A DNA stretch of 63,322 nt, filler included, from Olpidium bornovanus S191 (taxonomy: Eukaryota > Fungi > Olpidiomycota), in assembly GCA_017911155.1 (NCBI GenBank). It is 27 parts of 27 records of this genome, joined end to end, with 100 filler letters (N's around TTAATTAATTAA, not from the genome) between each part and the next. Parts side by side here need not be neighbours in the genome. Positions count along the whole stretch, not along the records: positions 23,026 to 24,443 come from JAEFCI010007620.1; positions 24,544 to 26,734 come from JAEFCI010001765.1; positions 26,835 to 27,975 come from JAEFCI010009505.1; positions 28,076 to 32,011 come from JAEFCI010000490.1; positions 32,112 to 34,977 come from JAEFCI010004895.1; positions 35,078 to 36,275 come from JAEFCI010009493.1; positions 36,376 to 37,718 come from JAEFCI010010838.1; 20 more parts are not named here. One strand, given 5' to 3'. This document shows positions 24,319 through 37,098 of this stretch, piece by piece. The number at the start of each line of letters is the position of its first letter. Within the stretch, counting starts at the first letter, position 1. Both the position numbers and the translations under genes were made by a program. The notes under the pieces are model-generated. The model was not told the DNA's origin. It worked only from the letters and a program-made list of their open reading frames with translations, and searched no databases.

Positions 24319-26005
24319 CTGCGCGGCGGCGGCGCGCGGCGGTGTCCGAGCCCGCGCGGCGGCCGGCGAAAATGTCGGAAAAAATTAAGGCTTTTGACTC
24401 AGCCGTCAACGCCGAGACTTTCGCGGGGACTACCGAAAAGACANNNNNNNNNNNNNNNNNNNNNNNNNNNNNNNNNNNNNNNNNNNNTTAATTAATTAAN
24501 NNNNNNNNNNNNNNNNNNNNNNNNNNNNNNNNNNNNNNNNNNNCATGTCAGTCGTTACGCACCATAATCCCGCGCGCTGGCTGTGACGGCCTTCGTTTTC
24601 TGTGGAAACTCTGGTGGAATGTTTTCAGACAATGCCGTGTTGAAAAGGGTGTTGAGGAACGTGGTCTTGCCCGTGCCAGTTTCGCCTGCGAGCCGGTCGA
24701 CAAAAGGAGAGTAAGTGGGTTGGCCTTCCTTTCGCCCGTGATATCTGTATATTCCGGGCCAGAGGATGCGAGCATCCCATTACGGGAGCGCCGAACATGG
24801 CGCAGGCATAATTCTTCCTTTTCCCGAGGCAAGCGAGAATGCAAGCTGGTTCTCACCAACAACAAGGATGTTGAACGCATAGCTTCTTCGTTTTGCTTTC
24901 TCCAGAACGCGGCGCGGTATGCTGTTCAGGCCAAGGGGCTTCTTCAAGGGAAGTGAAACCGCCGGCGGCTGCTTCCATTGATCGGCTTTCGGAAACAGGT
25001 CTTTGTGCTGTAGCGCGTACTCCTGTGAGTCGAGGAGGGGCGAACACCCGCTGCTGTCAGTGTAGATTCTCGGATTCTAGCAGTGCTTTCGGAGACGGCA
25101 TTCCCATGTAGCTATCCCGGAGTTCGTCGCGACGAGCGTCCCGAAGGAGGTCTGAAAAGTTTGATCTCCGACGCGTGTCTCGGCCGGCCAGCCAAACGAG
25201 CGTCAACTGGCCCCCGATTTAGACGACCGCAGCGCGCCACCGCCATTCGCCGCCGTACCAGGGGCATTTTCGCGAGCCTTTCGTCTCCGCCCGGTTTGAT
25301 CTTCCCGGCGCCGTGGTCGCCTTGTCCTCGTTTCCCAGAAACTTTTTTTTCCCAGAGCTGTGAGGTCGGCGGGAGGGGGTGGGGGTGGGGGGGGGGAAGG
25401 CCCGGCTCGGCCGCAGAGCGATCTCTGCTCTCCAAATGCGGAACGTCACGTGATATTTGCGCAAAGTCCTACCGTGTATTTTCGATGGTCACCTTTCTGG
25501 CGGCGCAACATTCCACTGGCTGTATATGTTACCTGCGCGCAAGCCGACACTTCGCCGCCGTGCCACCGCGCAAACCAGCGCCGAAATTGAACGACATCGC
25601 AAGCAGCCCATCAAACGTCGTCACTTTTGCCCGTTCGCACTTCGCCCAAGCCATAAGTTGGATTTCTGTCAATTTGTTGAACGGTCGCACTTTGCCGCAG
25701 CCGCAACATTCCCGCTTAGAACTCCATCGAACGTCGTCACTCTGCCAGCGGCCGCAAACCCGCTAAGTGGTATTTAAGGATAACGGACCCAGGATTAAAC
25801 CAGGAACTGGTTTCGACATATCTCTGTTTAGTAGAATGTAGAATAAAGTGCCCTTGAGGTAAGCTGCACTATCGGAAACCGCCAAGACAGGGGTGTGGCT
25901 GCGCCGGTTGACGTAGGACATATAAACTCAGGTGACCCGACCGTCAACGAGGCATAACCGCGCTCCGAGGACAACCGCGGCGCCGCCTCGCCACGCACAT
26001 CGGTT

Positions 26006-26135
26006 TCACCGGCGCACCACACACATTGATGTCAAGTGGCACTACATCCGACAGCAAGTGGCAGCAGGTGGAATCGTTAGCAAATTTATTCGGACGAATC
26101 AGATGGTGCCTGGCATCTTCACCAAAAGCCAGAGC
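26006..26135 (+). mobile_element. Ty1/copia RNase H C-terminal remnant
   Basis: HRRTTHIDVKWHYIRQQV..G.I..FIRTNQM..GIFTK matches the copia H.RTKHID..H..R...AD..TK block in degenerate form. Confidence 0.85.
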
Positions 26136-28075
26136 CTCGAAAGGCCAAAGGATAACAGGTGCGCACACGCAATGGGACTGAGTCAATGACGATGAGCCCG
26201 TTGGACTGGGGAGATGGGCGCATCGAGGGGGGGGGGGGTGGGCGGCTAGCGGCGTTGAGCCGGCCAGACCATTTCTGCCCATTTCAAAAGTTTTTCTCAG
26301 GAACATCACCCCCTATCAGCCAAAATGGCCTGGATTAAACGAAGCCCTAAATTTTCGTCTTCCAGTCCGGTCGTTTTCACCTGGTTTTTTGACGGTTTTA
26401 GAGTTTTTGGAGAAATTTTCTGACAGTGTCTCAGACACAATGCCAGTAACTTTTTCACCAAGTGTCCCGCCGGGCAGGAAAGAGTACCCAATTGAGCAAA
26501 TCTGAGCGTACCCAAAAAAATCTACCGCTGTTGCGTTTGAAACACTATCCAAAAATATTTCCAAAAATGCGTTTGAATGCACGAAAACGATCGAAAGTGT
26601 TCCAGAATAGATGAGCAAAAATTCGAGGTTTTGCCGAAAAAGACAGATTTGCTTGCTACGGACTTTTTTTCTCGAAAAAGACGCCCCTAGGGTGAACAAA
26701 AAGAGTTTCAAACTCAACAGCGGGGGGGGGGGCGNNNNNNNNNNNNNNNNNNNNNNNNNNNNNNNNNNNNNNNNNNNNTTAATTAATTAANNNNNNNNNN
26801 NNNNNNNNNNNNNNNNNNNNNNNNNNNNNNNNNNCCTTTTTTTTTTTGTTCAAGGCCCGCACCTTTCTAGATTCCCGCCCCCCGCAAGCAAATTTGCATA
26901 CACGCACATATTATGTATTTACCCTGTGATCATTTACGCAGGCCACCACCAATTGCCAATGCCGTCGCATTTTTGATTCGGCCTCCTGCCGCGATTCAAA
27001 CGCCTTCGATGAACCACGAGTCGGAGAAGCCGGAAGCGGGAAGAGGGTTTCCAGATGTTGGAGTTTGGCAGCTTGACCGCACCGGACGGTAGCTCCTTGG
27101 TCGAAGTCCATTCCCCCAGCGGCGCTACGTACCGCCCTCTTTGAATGCTTACAACTACCGTATTCCCACTGGTTTTCCCCTACACCAATTCCAAAGTTGT
27201 GGCGACAAATACCTCACGTACGAGATGCGGTAATCATTTTTATCGACACTCCATCTTCCGCAGGAATCTGGTTCGCACGTCGGGACCTTATTTGGAATTT
27301 GCAGGAACTGGCTCGAACGTCTGAACCCCATTCTGGAAGTCCGGCTACGACCGCGCTGGATTTGCGAGGGGGAAAAAAGCCGGATTTTCCGCGACGGGAG
27401 AAGGGTGCCGGGGGGCGGTGGGAAGCGTGGGCGGGGACTCACTCAGTTCGCACGCGCTTTCGTCCAAAGCGGGACACCAGGGGCCGCTCGATGGGCCGTG
27501 CGTATCACGCTGTTGCCGCTGGGCAGCTGATTCTTGAGGCGGCGCCTATTCTCAAGGTTCTCACCGCGCGCGGGGAAAAACGTCTCTGGCATATGCAAAC
27601 GACCGGGGTTGCCGCCGTGGTGAGGACGTCTCGGCCGAAGGAAAACGGCGTTGTCCCGGCCGCGAATCCGATTCCATTCATCATCCACGTCCGTCCCTGG
27701 GGCCCCGAAATTTCCAATACGCGAAAAGTTCGTTTGTTTTCGGGGTGATTCCAAATTTCGCGTTTTCGCGGCGCACGCCCTGATGATGTCGATCTTTCTC
27801 TCCGTGCAGTCCAATATGAGAAGCGAAAGGAAGGGTATCGCTCTTAACCAGGACAAGGACTCTAAGGACCCCTCGTTGTGAATGCCAAAGTCCGTGTTCA
27901 AAGGCTCGTACAGGCGCAACTTCACCCGGAAACGGGTGAAGCGGTTTCGGGAGAAGTACCTGCCAACGCCATGGANNNNNNNNNNNNNNNNNNNNNNNNN
28001 NNNNNNNNNNNNNNNNNNNTTAATTAATTAANNNNNNNNNNNNNNNNNNNNNNNNNNNNNNNNNNNNNNNNNNNN

Positions 28076-31000
28076 ACATGGTTGCACATTGGTGACTTAT
28101 GGTTCGAGAGTATATGTCCTCGGTGGCAGTGATACTGAAGCGCACCCGTCTGTGGTTTCGTGCCTTGAAACTGGTGAGTAGAAAGCCTCTGTCATCATAG
28201 GCGATGGTGCACCATTTGTACTTGCATTCAACCAGACAATTGTGTGCCATTAGCCAAGATCCGATACCCACCACAGCGCGCGGGTAGCAGCGACTCTACC
28301 GCAAACACCACGTCGGCTGCAGCTCCGCCGGCACCCCGTCCGCCCAAGCCTCCGGATTCTCCGGGTCCAGACCTGCAACAAGGCGGGGTTCGCCGCGAGA
28401 GTTCGGCGGACACGATGCGGACGCCGCTTGTTAACCAGGAAGCAAGCAATCTAGCAGGCGTCGGCTTCGTTCCGCCTCCGCCGCCCAAAATGCCTCCTCC
28501 TTCGCAGGTGATGACTTCAGGCGGCCTCAGCACGTCGTCTGCAGCGGGCATGCAGGTATCCGACCGGCAGAAGGCCATGATGGAGGGAGGTCCGCAGCCG
28601 CCCCAGCAACCTTTTCTGGGACGCAAAACTTTGTCGCATATGGGGGTCGAGGCGAGATCGCGAACGGATTCGCTGCTTTTTCCAAAGGGAAGTCCGCCGC
28701 CGGCCGGTGCGCCGCCGAATCCGCAGCAGGTGGGGCAGGTCCAGATGCAACAGCAGTCACAAGCGTCGACGCCGCAGACGACGCAGTTTTCGACCATCCA
28801 GCAGCACTCCGTAGTGCTGCAGCAAGTGCTCTGGTCGTCTATCACAGGCTCGCCCTCTCCGCAACCTCCGGGCCCGGTCCCCCCCTCAGCGCAGGCGCAC
28901 CCTGACCAGCGCCCGCAAAACCAAGAGTCAAATATCCCGCAGACACATGGCCAGAAAGCACCCGTCCCTTTTCAGGCGGCTCAAGGACCCGCGGGGCGGT
29001 TGCCACCAAACTCACCACGAAAGGATGCAGAGGCGAAATCGCCGGCCATCTCCCAGGTGTCGGCAAAATATTTGGCGTCACCCTTTCCAAGGGAGCCATC
29101 CGTGTCGCCGGAAATCGCTCCCTCTGCCAAAGAACTTCCCCTACAGCCGGCGAAAGAACTCCCCGTACAGCCGCCCAAAGACGCTGACCTGCTCCGAGCG
29201 GAACTCACGGCACGCGAGACCGAGGTCGCTGCGTTGAAAAACAAACTTAACTGGCTGTCCGCCGAGCTGCACGTGGGCGGTAGGGCTATGGACAGCAAAT
29301 TCGAAGAGAAGGCTTTGGGTGCCGGCCTGCTTCAGGACGTGGCAAAGGCCGACAAGGACAGCGAGCAAGGGAGATTCCTTGGGGAGCTGCTGAAGCTAAG
29401 GAGGGAGCTGCGACAAGCCAAGGTGAGTGCGACGTAGTCGCGACGTCCACCCAATTGTGCGAATAAAACGCCGCGGTCATCTCGCAAACCTCTCCCGTCT
29501 TGCAGATTTCTATTTCGCACACGGAACGCAGGCTTGCGAGCAGTCTCGCCGAGTCTGAACAAATGAGATTGGCAGCCCTCTGCGAAGCCGCATACCACAA
29601 GTCCAGGTTTGCCGCCCTTGCAGAGGAAAGGAGAGATGTGTTGGAATCCGTCGACTCGCGGCGCGCCGATGAACTGGAGCGGCACTTGGCGGGCGTACTC
29701 AACAAGTGTGAAGCGCAGCTGCAGGAAATAGACAGCCTGCGCTCCAACCTGGAGCGGCAGACGCTTGCCACGCAGCTCACGAAGGAGGCCCGCCGGGCTG
29801 ACGAGGAGCGGGCGCGGGAAGCAGAGAGCTTGAAGCACGACCTTGCGGAGCGGTTGGCGAAAACCGAGGGGCGGTTGCAGGACGTCGAGGCGGCTAATGT
29901 GCAGATACAGGCAAAGTACGCGATGCTGCGAGAAAAGCCAAACGTCGCCGACCTCAGCGAGCAGGTCGTCGCCCTCGAAACGGAGCTGGCGCAGCATCAG
30001 AAAGCGGTCCTTACGGCAGGCGAGGCGCTGGTCGCCGCTACCGCAAGGGCCGACAGTTCGGAGAAGAAAATTTTGCAGCTGGTGAAGGACGCCGAACACC
30101 TCAACGTTCGCATAGGAAAGCTCGAGGTGACCAACGAGGTGCTCACGAACCGAGCCGAAGAGGCGGAAGCGGCGCTCGAGAAAGCGAGGGCGGAGTCTGC
30201 GGGCGTCATGGGAGAAGCGCTGGCCGCCATGAAGCAGGCGAGATCTTCCAACCTCGCGGCACGCGCCGCGCTACGGGACACGGAAAAGGGCGAAACTGTT
30301 GCAGAACTCGAGGCGCAGGTCGCGCTCGGTCGCGAGCAGTGCGTCGCCGCGGAGAAGGCCCGAGCGGAGGAATTCGTGCTCCGGCGGTCGGCAGAGGAAC
30401 GCGCCAAACAGCTAGACGCGATGTACGACCGCGCGCGCGACGAGATTCAAACACTCCGCGATGACTTGAGCTCCTGTGCCCTGGACGCGGATGCTGCGAA
30501 GCAGCAGGCGAGGCAGACGTCGAGGCAGCTGGATGAAGCAATGAAGGAGTTGGACATGGCGAAGATCCGGATCATGTCGCTCACCGGTCAAGGAGGCGAG
30601 AGACAGGCGACCGCTGGCAGGGAGGACGACTGGCAGGCGAGGCTTCAGGCCGCAGACAAGAGAACGGCAGAAGCGCGGGAAGAGTGCCGGGAGCTCGAAG
30701 CTCTTCACGCAGAGTCTCACGAGGAGGTGAGCGAGGTTCCTCCCTCCGTCTTGCCTGATATCCCCTTAGGGGAAAACATCTTCTTTGGTTTCCGGCCGCC
30801 AAAGCCGACCGAAGAACTTCCCCCTCCCTTTCGCTAGATTCGAATCCTGTCCGAGCGAAACAAGCATTTCGAGCAACAGGTTCAGATTCTAGAGCAGGAA
30901 CTCGCTTCGTTCAAGCGTTCTTTGCCCGGCGCTTCCCACGAGCAACAAGCCCGGGGTCATACCGAGGACCCCACGGAAAAAGCAAACGCCCAGGCTAAGA

Positions 31001-32011
31001 TGGCGTTGCTGGAAAGCGAGGCGGCCAAGGCGGTCAAGCTGGCACGTGATGCGGGCTTTACGATATCTTCGATGCGGGAACGGATTAACGAGCTGACTGC
31101 GGCGGCGTCGAGCAGCCGGGAGAATGCGAGAAAATCCTCGGTAGAGCTCGACGAGATCCGGCGGAAGGGCGGGGCGAGGGATGCCGTGCAGGAAAGCCGC
31201 GTCCGCGAGCTGGAAGAACACGTCCAGTCGCTGGCGAGCAGCTTGAGGCAGAAAGAGGAGATGCTCAAGCAGAAGGAGGCCGATCTGCTCGACGTTCGGC
31301 GCCGGATAGAGAACCTGGAAAGCCGGTTAATTGACGAGCAGCGATCCAGGCAGCAGGAAGCAGAAAGTCACTCGAAAGCTCTTAAGCAGAAAGTTGCCGA
31401 GCTCGAGCTGGCGTTGGTCGAATTGCGAACAGCGCAGCAGTATGCCTCGCAGCGAGCGGGAGAATCGCAACAGGCCGTCGGCGACATGGCCGCGCGGATT
31501 GCCGAGTTGGCGCAGCGGTCGGCAGACCTGGAGGAAGACCTTTCGGTTGCCGTTCGGGAGCGGGACGGTGCCATTGAGCAGTGCCAGGAGCTTTTCCGCG
31601 CTGTCGAGGAGGCCACCGCGCACGCCGCGCAGCTGGAGGAGGCGGCGAAGGAGCATGAGACCCGGCGGGCGGAGCTGGAGAAGAGCCTGGCTGATTCCGA
31701 GCGGTTTGCCGGCGATTCGCTGATGCTCCAGGCCGAACTGGCGCATCTCAGGGAGGAAGTCGGGGCGGCGTGCCGTGCCAAGGAGACTGCGATTGAGGAG
31801 AGCGCAGACCGAGAGGGAAAACTGAAGATGCAGCTGGAGACGTTCCAGGCGGAAAGCGTGAAGCGAGAACAGGAGCTTAAGAAGGAGCTCGACATGGCGC
31901 GGGACGAGAGCGAGAAGCGGGAGGAGGAGCTGGCAGCGCTGCTGGAGACCGCACAAGCGGAGAACGCTAGTCTGGAGGAGTCGCTTAAGGGAGAACTCAA
32001 CGCTGCCCGGG
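28076..32011 (+). CDS. KEL1: Kel1/Tea1-like Kelch-repeat + coiled-coil cell polarity protein, partial at both ends
   Basis: An exon not in the ORF track (28076-28173) reads HGCTLVTYGSRVYVLGG...CLET and splices (GTGAGT...TAG) to AKIRYPPQ, resembling the Kel1/Tea1 LDT.KIRYP motif. A P/Q-rich linker and more than 800 aa of coiled coil follow in three further exons. Confidence 0.7.
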
Positions 32012-32330
32012 NNNNNNNNNNNNNNNNNNNNNNNNNNNNNNNNNNNNNNNNNNNNTTAATTAATTAANNNNNNNNNNNNNNNNNNNNNNNNNNNNNNNNN
32101 NNNNNNNNNNNGGGGGGGGGCTGCGGGCCCGCCGCAGAGCTAGCCTTCCAGGGCGGCGGCGGCGGCGTGGAGAGCGACGGAAGACAGAGAGAGAGAGAGA
32201 GAGAGGGGGGAGGGGAGGGGGGGGGGGGGGGGGGGGGGTGGGGGGCGTTTGATACCGGCGGAAACCTCATCTTTCTTCGATCCGGCGCCAGCGCAAAGAT
32301 CGCGGCGGCTTTTTCTTTTAAAGAAAAAAG

Positions 32331-34603
32331 ATGGCCAAGAAGGGCAAAGCCAAAAGCGAACCGGCGCAGGCCGCGGAAGGACAGGCCAAGCCAGAGTCGA
32401 TCGAGGACGTCCGCCTCGCCCTGAGTCTAGAGGCCGGCCGGTTAAGAGCGTGGTAAGCATTTTCTTTTTTTTCCGTTTACGACGCCGAAGGAGGACGGTG
32501 GGGTATCGTCTTCGGGAAAGGCGAAGTCCCCCGCTGCGGGGTTGTGATGGCCGCGGCGGCGGTGCCGCCACCGTCGTCATCGTTCGTTTCCCCGCGAATC
32601 GGAAAAGCGGGTAAAGGGCTGACCCTTTGCGGAGCCCATGCCGCCGCGGCCCTCGCGCATCAGCAAAGAACAGTCACTGAAGCTGGCGGCCGAAGCCGAC
32701 CGGCTGAGACAGGCGGAGGCGAACGCGGTCCAGGACAAGGTGCGGCGCGATCTCCCCCAACCCTCTCTTTTTCCTACCACCCGCAACCCCCCCGCGGCGC
32801 AGGCGACACCCCTCCGCCTTATGACGTCCCCGGATTTTTTTTGTGCCCGTTTTGCGCGCAACGGGATATTTCCCCCTCGTCCCCAACCCGTCTTTCACGA
32901 CGGGAAAAAAAAAAGAAAGACGTGGTCGACTTCCTGCGTGCAGAGCTCGCCAACATGGAAGCCAAGGTCGGCGCGCTGGAGAACACGGTTTCAACCATGC
33001 GGCAGGAAATCGAGGTCTTGATCCGCGAGCGCCAGAGCGCCGCGGAAGACGCGGCGAAGGCGGCGGCAGGGATGACGGCCGCTTACGAAAAAAGGATCAG
33101 CGGCCTCGCTCGGGACCTCGAGCGGTTGGAAGAGTTCAAGGGAAAGAGGGTAAATAACAAAATAAAAAAAGTTCGTTTTATTGCCGACACAAATTCGCGG
33201 GGAATCTTCTAGGCCTCAGCAAAGACGATCCCCACACACACAAGGAACCCATGGAGCAGGAAATCGCCGAGCTGCGGCGGCAGCTGGAGGCGCAGCAGGA
33301 CGCTTTCGCGGCGAGCACTCGCAATTCAGAGATGGACAAGCTGAAAAAATTGGTGAGCGCGTACCCCCAATACCGCTTACCACAACCGCACTTCCTGGAT
33401 TCCACAGTTGGCCACTCCCTGTATCCACCTCGTGCAATAAAAAGATCCCCTTCTCGCTTACTTCGCAAATCGTGAACAGCACCAAATCCGCGTCGAGATG
33501 GACGAGCGGGTCACCGATGCGGTCGGACGTTTCCAGAGGTTGTCCAACGAGCAAATGGCAGACGTGAGATCCATTTCACATAGTCATCTTGGCGCTCCCT
33601 TTATCTCAAGCGGGTGAAATGAACCAGTTGTTCACGACTGCGGCCTTCTTCTTGTGGATAAGGAAAGACGACGAAGCGAGCCATATTTGAGAACGAAAAC
33701 TTGACGGCGCAGATTTCATATCTTTCGGGCAAAACCGTGGAGCTCATCGAACACAACCGCGAATTGCGGGCTCGAAACGTCAACATCGCCCGCGAAAACA
33801 AACTGCTGCAGGTGGAGGCGGCCGAGAGCGCCCGCCGTGTAAAGAAGGCCGAGGCGTTCGCGGCGCTGCAAATCCTCCGCGCCACCAGGGCCGAAGAAGA
33901 ACTCGACACGCTACGCAGGGAGCTGGTAAAGCAGACGTCGGCGGCGGCGGCGCCTACGGAGCAAGACGAGTGCCGGGAGCAGAGCACCGAGCGTCCGCAG
34001 ACTGTCCCGAGATCTCCCCTGGCCAACGCGGGCGTGGACTTCAAAGTCGGGACGGCACCGCCGTGGAAATCGTTGACAAGCGTCGCTGACCGCCACAGCG
34101 CTCGGGTTCCCGGCCGTCCGTCAGGAGCCGGGCATGAAGGAAACGCGCTCTCGCCAGGCGACGACGCAGCGCCGCCGGCATCTACCGGGGTCGCCCGGTC
34201 GCCCCCCGGGGTCTCCCAGCCGGTTTCGCCCGCGCAACCGCCGGAGGCGGCCAACCCGTCGCACCACGCAGTCGTCGCGCAGGAGAGGATCGCCAAGCTC
34301 ATCGCAACCACGAGGAACACCAAAATTGGCGGCCTGCGGCACCCGCGGCCGGCGGTGGCGGTCGACCGCAGCAGGCCGGGGCTACCGCAGTCTTCGTTCC
34401 TCCACCACGGCCGCAGCCGCGAAGGGGCGCCCGGAGGCTCGCGGGGCGGCAGCGGTGGGCACGGTCTGGTACCGTCCCCACGCAGCCCGCGCGCCGGCTG
34501 GCGCACGGCGGAACTGAAAGACCGAGTGGAGACGGAAGCGGCGCGGCTGATCACGGGCGCCTTGTCGCAGGCGGCAGGGCTGTCCGCTGACAGCGCCGCG
34601 TGA
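32331..34603 (+). CDS. CFAP157: CFAP157-like (DUF4515/BBOF1 family) cilia/flagella-associated coiled-coil protein, multi-exon
   Basis: MAKKGKAK start; exons KDVVDFLRAEL, LERLEEFKGKR, MEQEIAELRRQL..DKLKKL, HQIRVEMDERVTDAVGRFQRLSNEQMAD and ENENLTAQISYLSGKTVELIEHNRELR are colinear with recalled CFAP157 blocks (KDIV.FLK, LAALEEFR, RLRKEIIQRV, ENNGITLQ). Confidence 0.65.
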
Positions 34604-34889
34604 AGGGGACGCCGGCGGTCGTTTTCTTTTTATCTTTCGTTTATTTTGGTTTTCCTGACGCCGTCAACAAAGCGGTTTGTGGTTCACGAAAAAACGTGTG
34701 CAGCGCGGAATGAAAGGTGGTGAAGGGCCCGCCGGCAGTGACAACGGGAGGGAGCGTGAGGGGAAGCGGCCGGCTCAGAGAGCGAACCTGGATTGTTCCT
34801 CTGTCTGCCTCGGTCTTCCGCCGGTCACATTCTTTTTCTTGTTCTCTCTGTCTTTCACAAGGGCCGGCGGGGGCGGGTTTCCCTACTTT

Positions 34890-34929
<40 letters not shown>

Positions 34930-34937
34930 CCCCCCCC

Positions 34938-34971
<34 letters not shown>

Positions 34972-35330
34972 AGGGCANNNNNNNNNNNNNNNNNNNNNNN
35001 NNNNNNNNNNNNNNNNNNNNNTTAATTAATTAANNNNNNNNNNNNNNNNNNNNNNNNNNNNNNNNNNNNNNNNNNNNACATGCCTTGATTGTTACTAACT
35101 TCTGCAATTCTTCCGCGCGCCCATTCAAAAAAAACGCCCTCCACGCTGGAACTTCCCCTCCACACTCCAAACCTCCATTCCCGAACAATGAAATCACCTC
35201 CCTCTACCAAACGTTTACCAATCGTCAAGTGCGGAAAATGTTCCGACGTGGGCCACCTACCCGGGTCAAGCCTGAATCGGAACGCTCCCGAGTTCCCTGA
35301 CGCGGCCTGGTGTCGGGAAAACCCCGCTAT

Positions 35331-35566
35331 GCTCCTAGTACCTTCGGGGAACGGCATATCGTTGCTCCTAGTACCTTCGGGGAACGGCTTCTCGTTGCTC
35401 CAAGTACCTTCGGGGAACGGCAGAATTCCGACTGCGCGGAATTGCGAGGAACAGGGGCAGTACACTCGCGACCGCGTTGGATTTTTGAAAGTTTTATCTT
35501 AGTCTAGTACCTTCTGGGAATGGCCTAGTACCTTTGGGGAATGGCCAAGTACCTTTGGGGAATGGC
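35331..35566 (+). repeat. Two three-unit clusters sharing the 21-bp core CTAGTACCTTCGGGGAACGGC (33-bp period at 35331-35421; 21-bp period at 35504-35566)
   Basis: Units are directly visible. Confidence 0.92.
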
Positions 35567-36375
35567 TTAGGAAAGCCCGAGCGGGGTATCACGGCGGGCT
35601 CCCACCTCCGCACTGGGCTGTTCGGGGCACACTTCGTGTCCCGGCTGTTCCGGTCATCGGCTTTGTACGATGATTCGGAAGGGGAGGGTGTCCGCCGGGT
35701 CTCGGGAAATCCGCAGCCGGCTTCGGCTCCGTGCGATGCACATTGCACCGCCCGGCATCGCACGTAACCGGGAATGACACCCAGGGGCATTCTCCGGTCC
35801 GGGACGAACCGGGATCTGCCTGGGCAGGGTTTTTTTCGTTTTCGTCGTCCGTCGCGGGGAGGTAAGCGCCCCCGCGACTAGGGTAGCTACGCACCGTTTG
35901 CTTGGACGGCGCGGGAGTACCGATTCGACTCAAGGCCCCTGCTGCCAGGGCGGAGGAATCCCGGGAAGATCGGCGCGATAATGGCTTGGGGGGTGAGGTT
36001 TTTCCTTACCCTTCTTGCCAAATCCGTGCACCTCCGTGTGGACGGGTCCGAGGAACCTCAAGCACCCGAGGCCCGGCGGGAGCGACACCCGCGGTTGCTC
36101 TGCTTATTACTAACAGGAGGGGAAGGGGGGGAGCGTCGTTTTTTTTTTCTTCTTTTTTATCCCTCCTTTCCTTTGTTTTCGACGATTAGGGGCCACCAAA
36201 AAATTTCTCGCTCGATCGTGTCCAAATCTCTGGCGTGCAACGCCGAGAAGGCGGGCGGGCCGCTTTGGAAGCATGNNNNNNNNNNNNNNNNNNNNNNNNN
36301 NNNNNNNNNNNNNNNNNNNTTAATTAATTAANNNNNNNNNNNNNNNNNNNNNNNNNNNNNNNNNNNNNNNNNNNN

Positions 36376-37098
36376 CATGTGCAGGAAGTCAATCTCACGT
36401 TCAACGCGGCTATAATATGCTCTGGAGAAATTGTCTTTTTAGAATCCTTTTCGCATATCTCATTGGCTTCAGATGATACCAGATGAATAAATTCTACAGA
36501 AACGACAGAGCACGGCAATCGTAGACACCAGAACTCAGCACACTCGCGACCTGTTCTTGGTCACAGTGGCGCCTTGAAAGGCAGGCTCGCAGGACGTCGA
36601 GCTTGCACACCACCCAATGCCAAAAGCAGATGAGCTCCATACCAACACAGCATTCCACGATCAGGTCTCTTGTCTCTTTCGGACACGTGATGTCACTCGG
36701 TAGGAACTCTTGGATAAGTTTCTGCGTGGTGGCTTCAATCGTGGGGCGCGCGGCAACGCATTTCCCGGACCATGCAGGATTTTCAGTCAGCGACGTTCTG
36801 ATTTGTAGCAGATCAACAGCCGCCGAGGCGCGGCGCGCGGCACGGGCCACAACCACGCGGAGACAACAGGGACAGGCCGGATCCGGCCCGGTTTTCAGAT
36901 TAGCGGCCGGGCGAAAAGAAAAATCCGTGCCGGGGATACCTTTGGGTAGCGAAAGCTCGTCGTCGCCCGCACCGCCTTGGGTAATTTGCGTGGGGGACAT
37001 CGTCAGGGGTGCGCCGTGGGTGTCCCCCGCGGGGGGAAGCGCGCGGAGGACGGCAGCGGTCGAGCTGCGTGCGGTAACCCACGTTCTGAGTCGCTCAT
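36376..37098 (-). CDS. NCB2: Negative cofactor 2 beta subunit (Ncb2/Dr1, histone fold), 3'-partial, four exons
   Basis: MSDSE|RGAGDDELSLPK|ATTQKLIQEFLPSDITCPKETRDLIVECCV|EFIHLVSSEANEICEKDSKKTISPEHIIAAL. Confidence 0.95.

Noticed and set aside
35331-35421. CRISPR-like repeat-spacer pattern (21-bp repeats with 12-bp spacers)
   Set aside because: The spacers are near-identical and too short, there are only three units, there are no cas genes and the context is eukaryotic.
35460-35510. Helitron 3' end (hairpin plus CTAG)
   Set aside because: The CGCG-AC-CGCG stem is too short and too far from the CTAG, which belongs to the tandem repeat core.
35880-35942. tRNA-like B-box (GATTCGACTC)
   Set aside because: No acceptor stem or cloverleaf could be formed.
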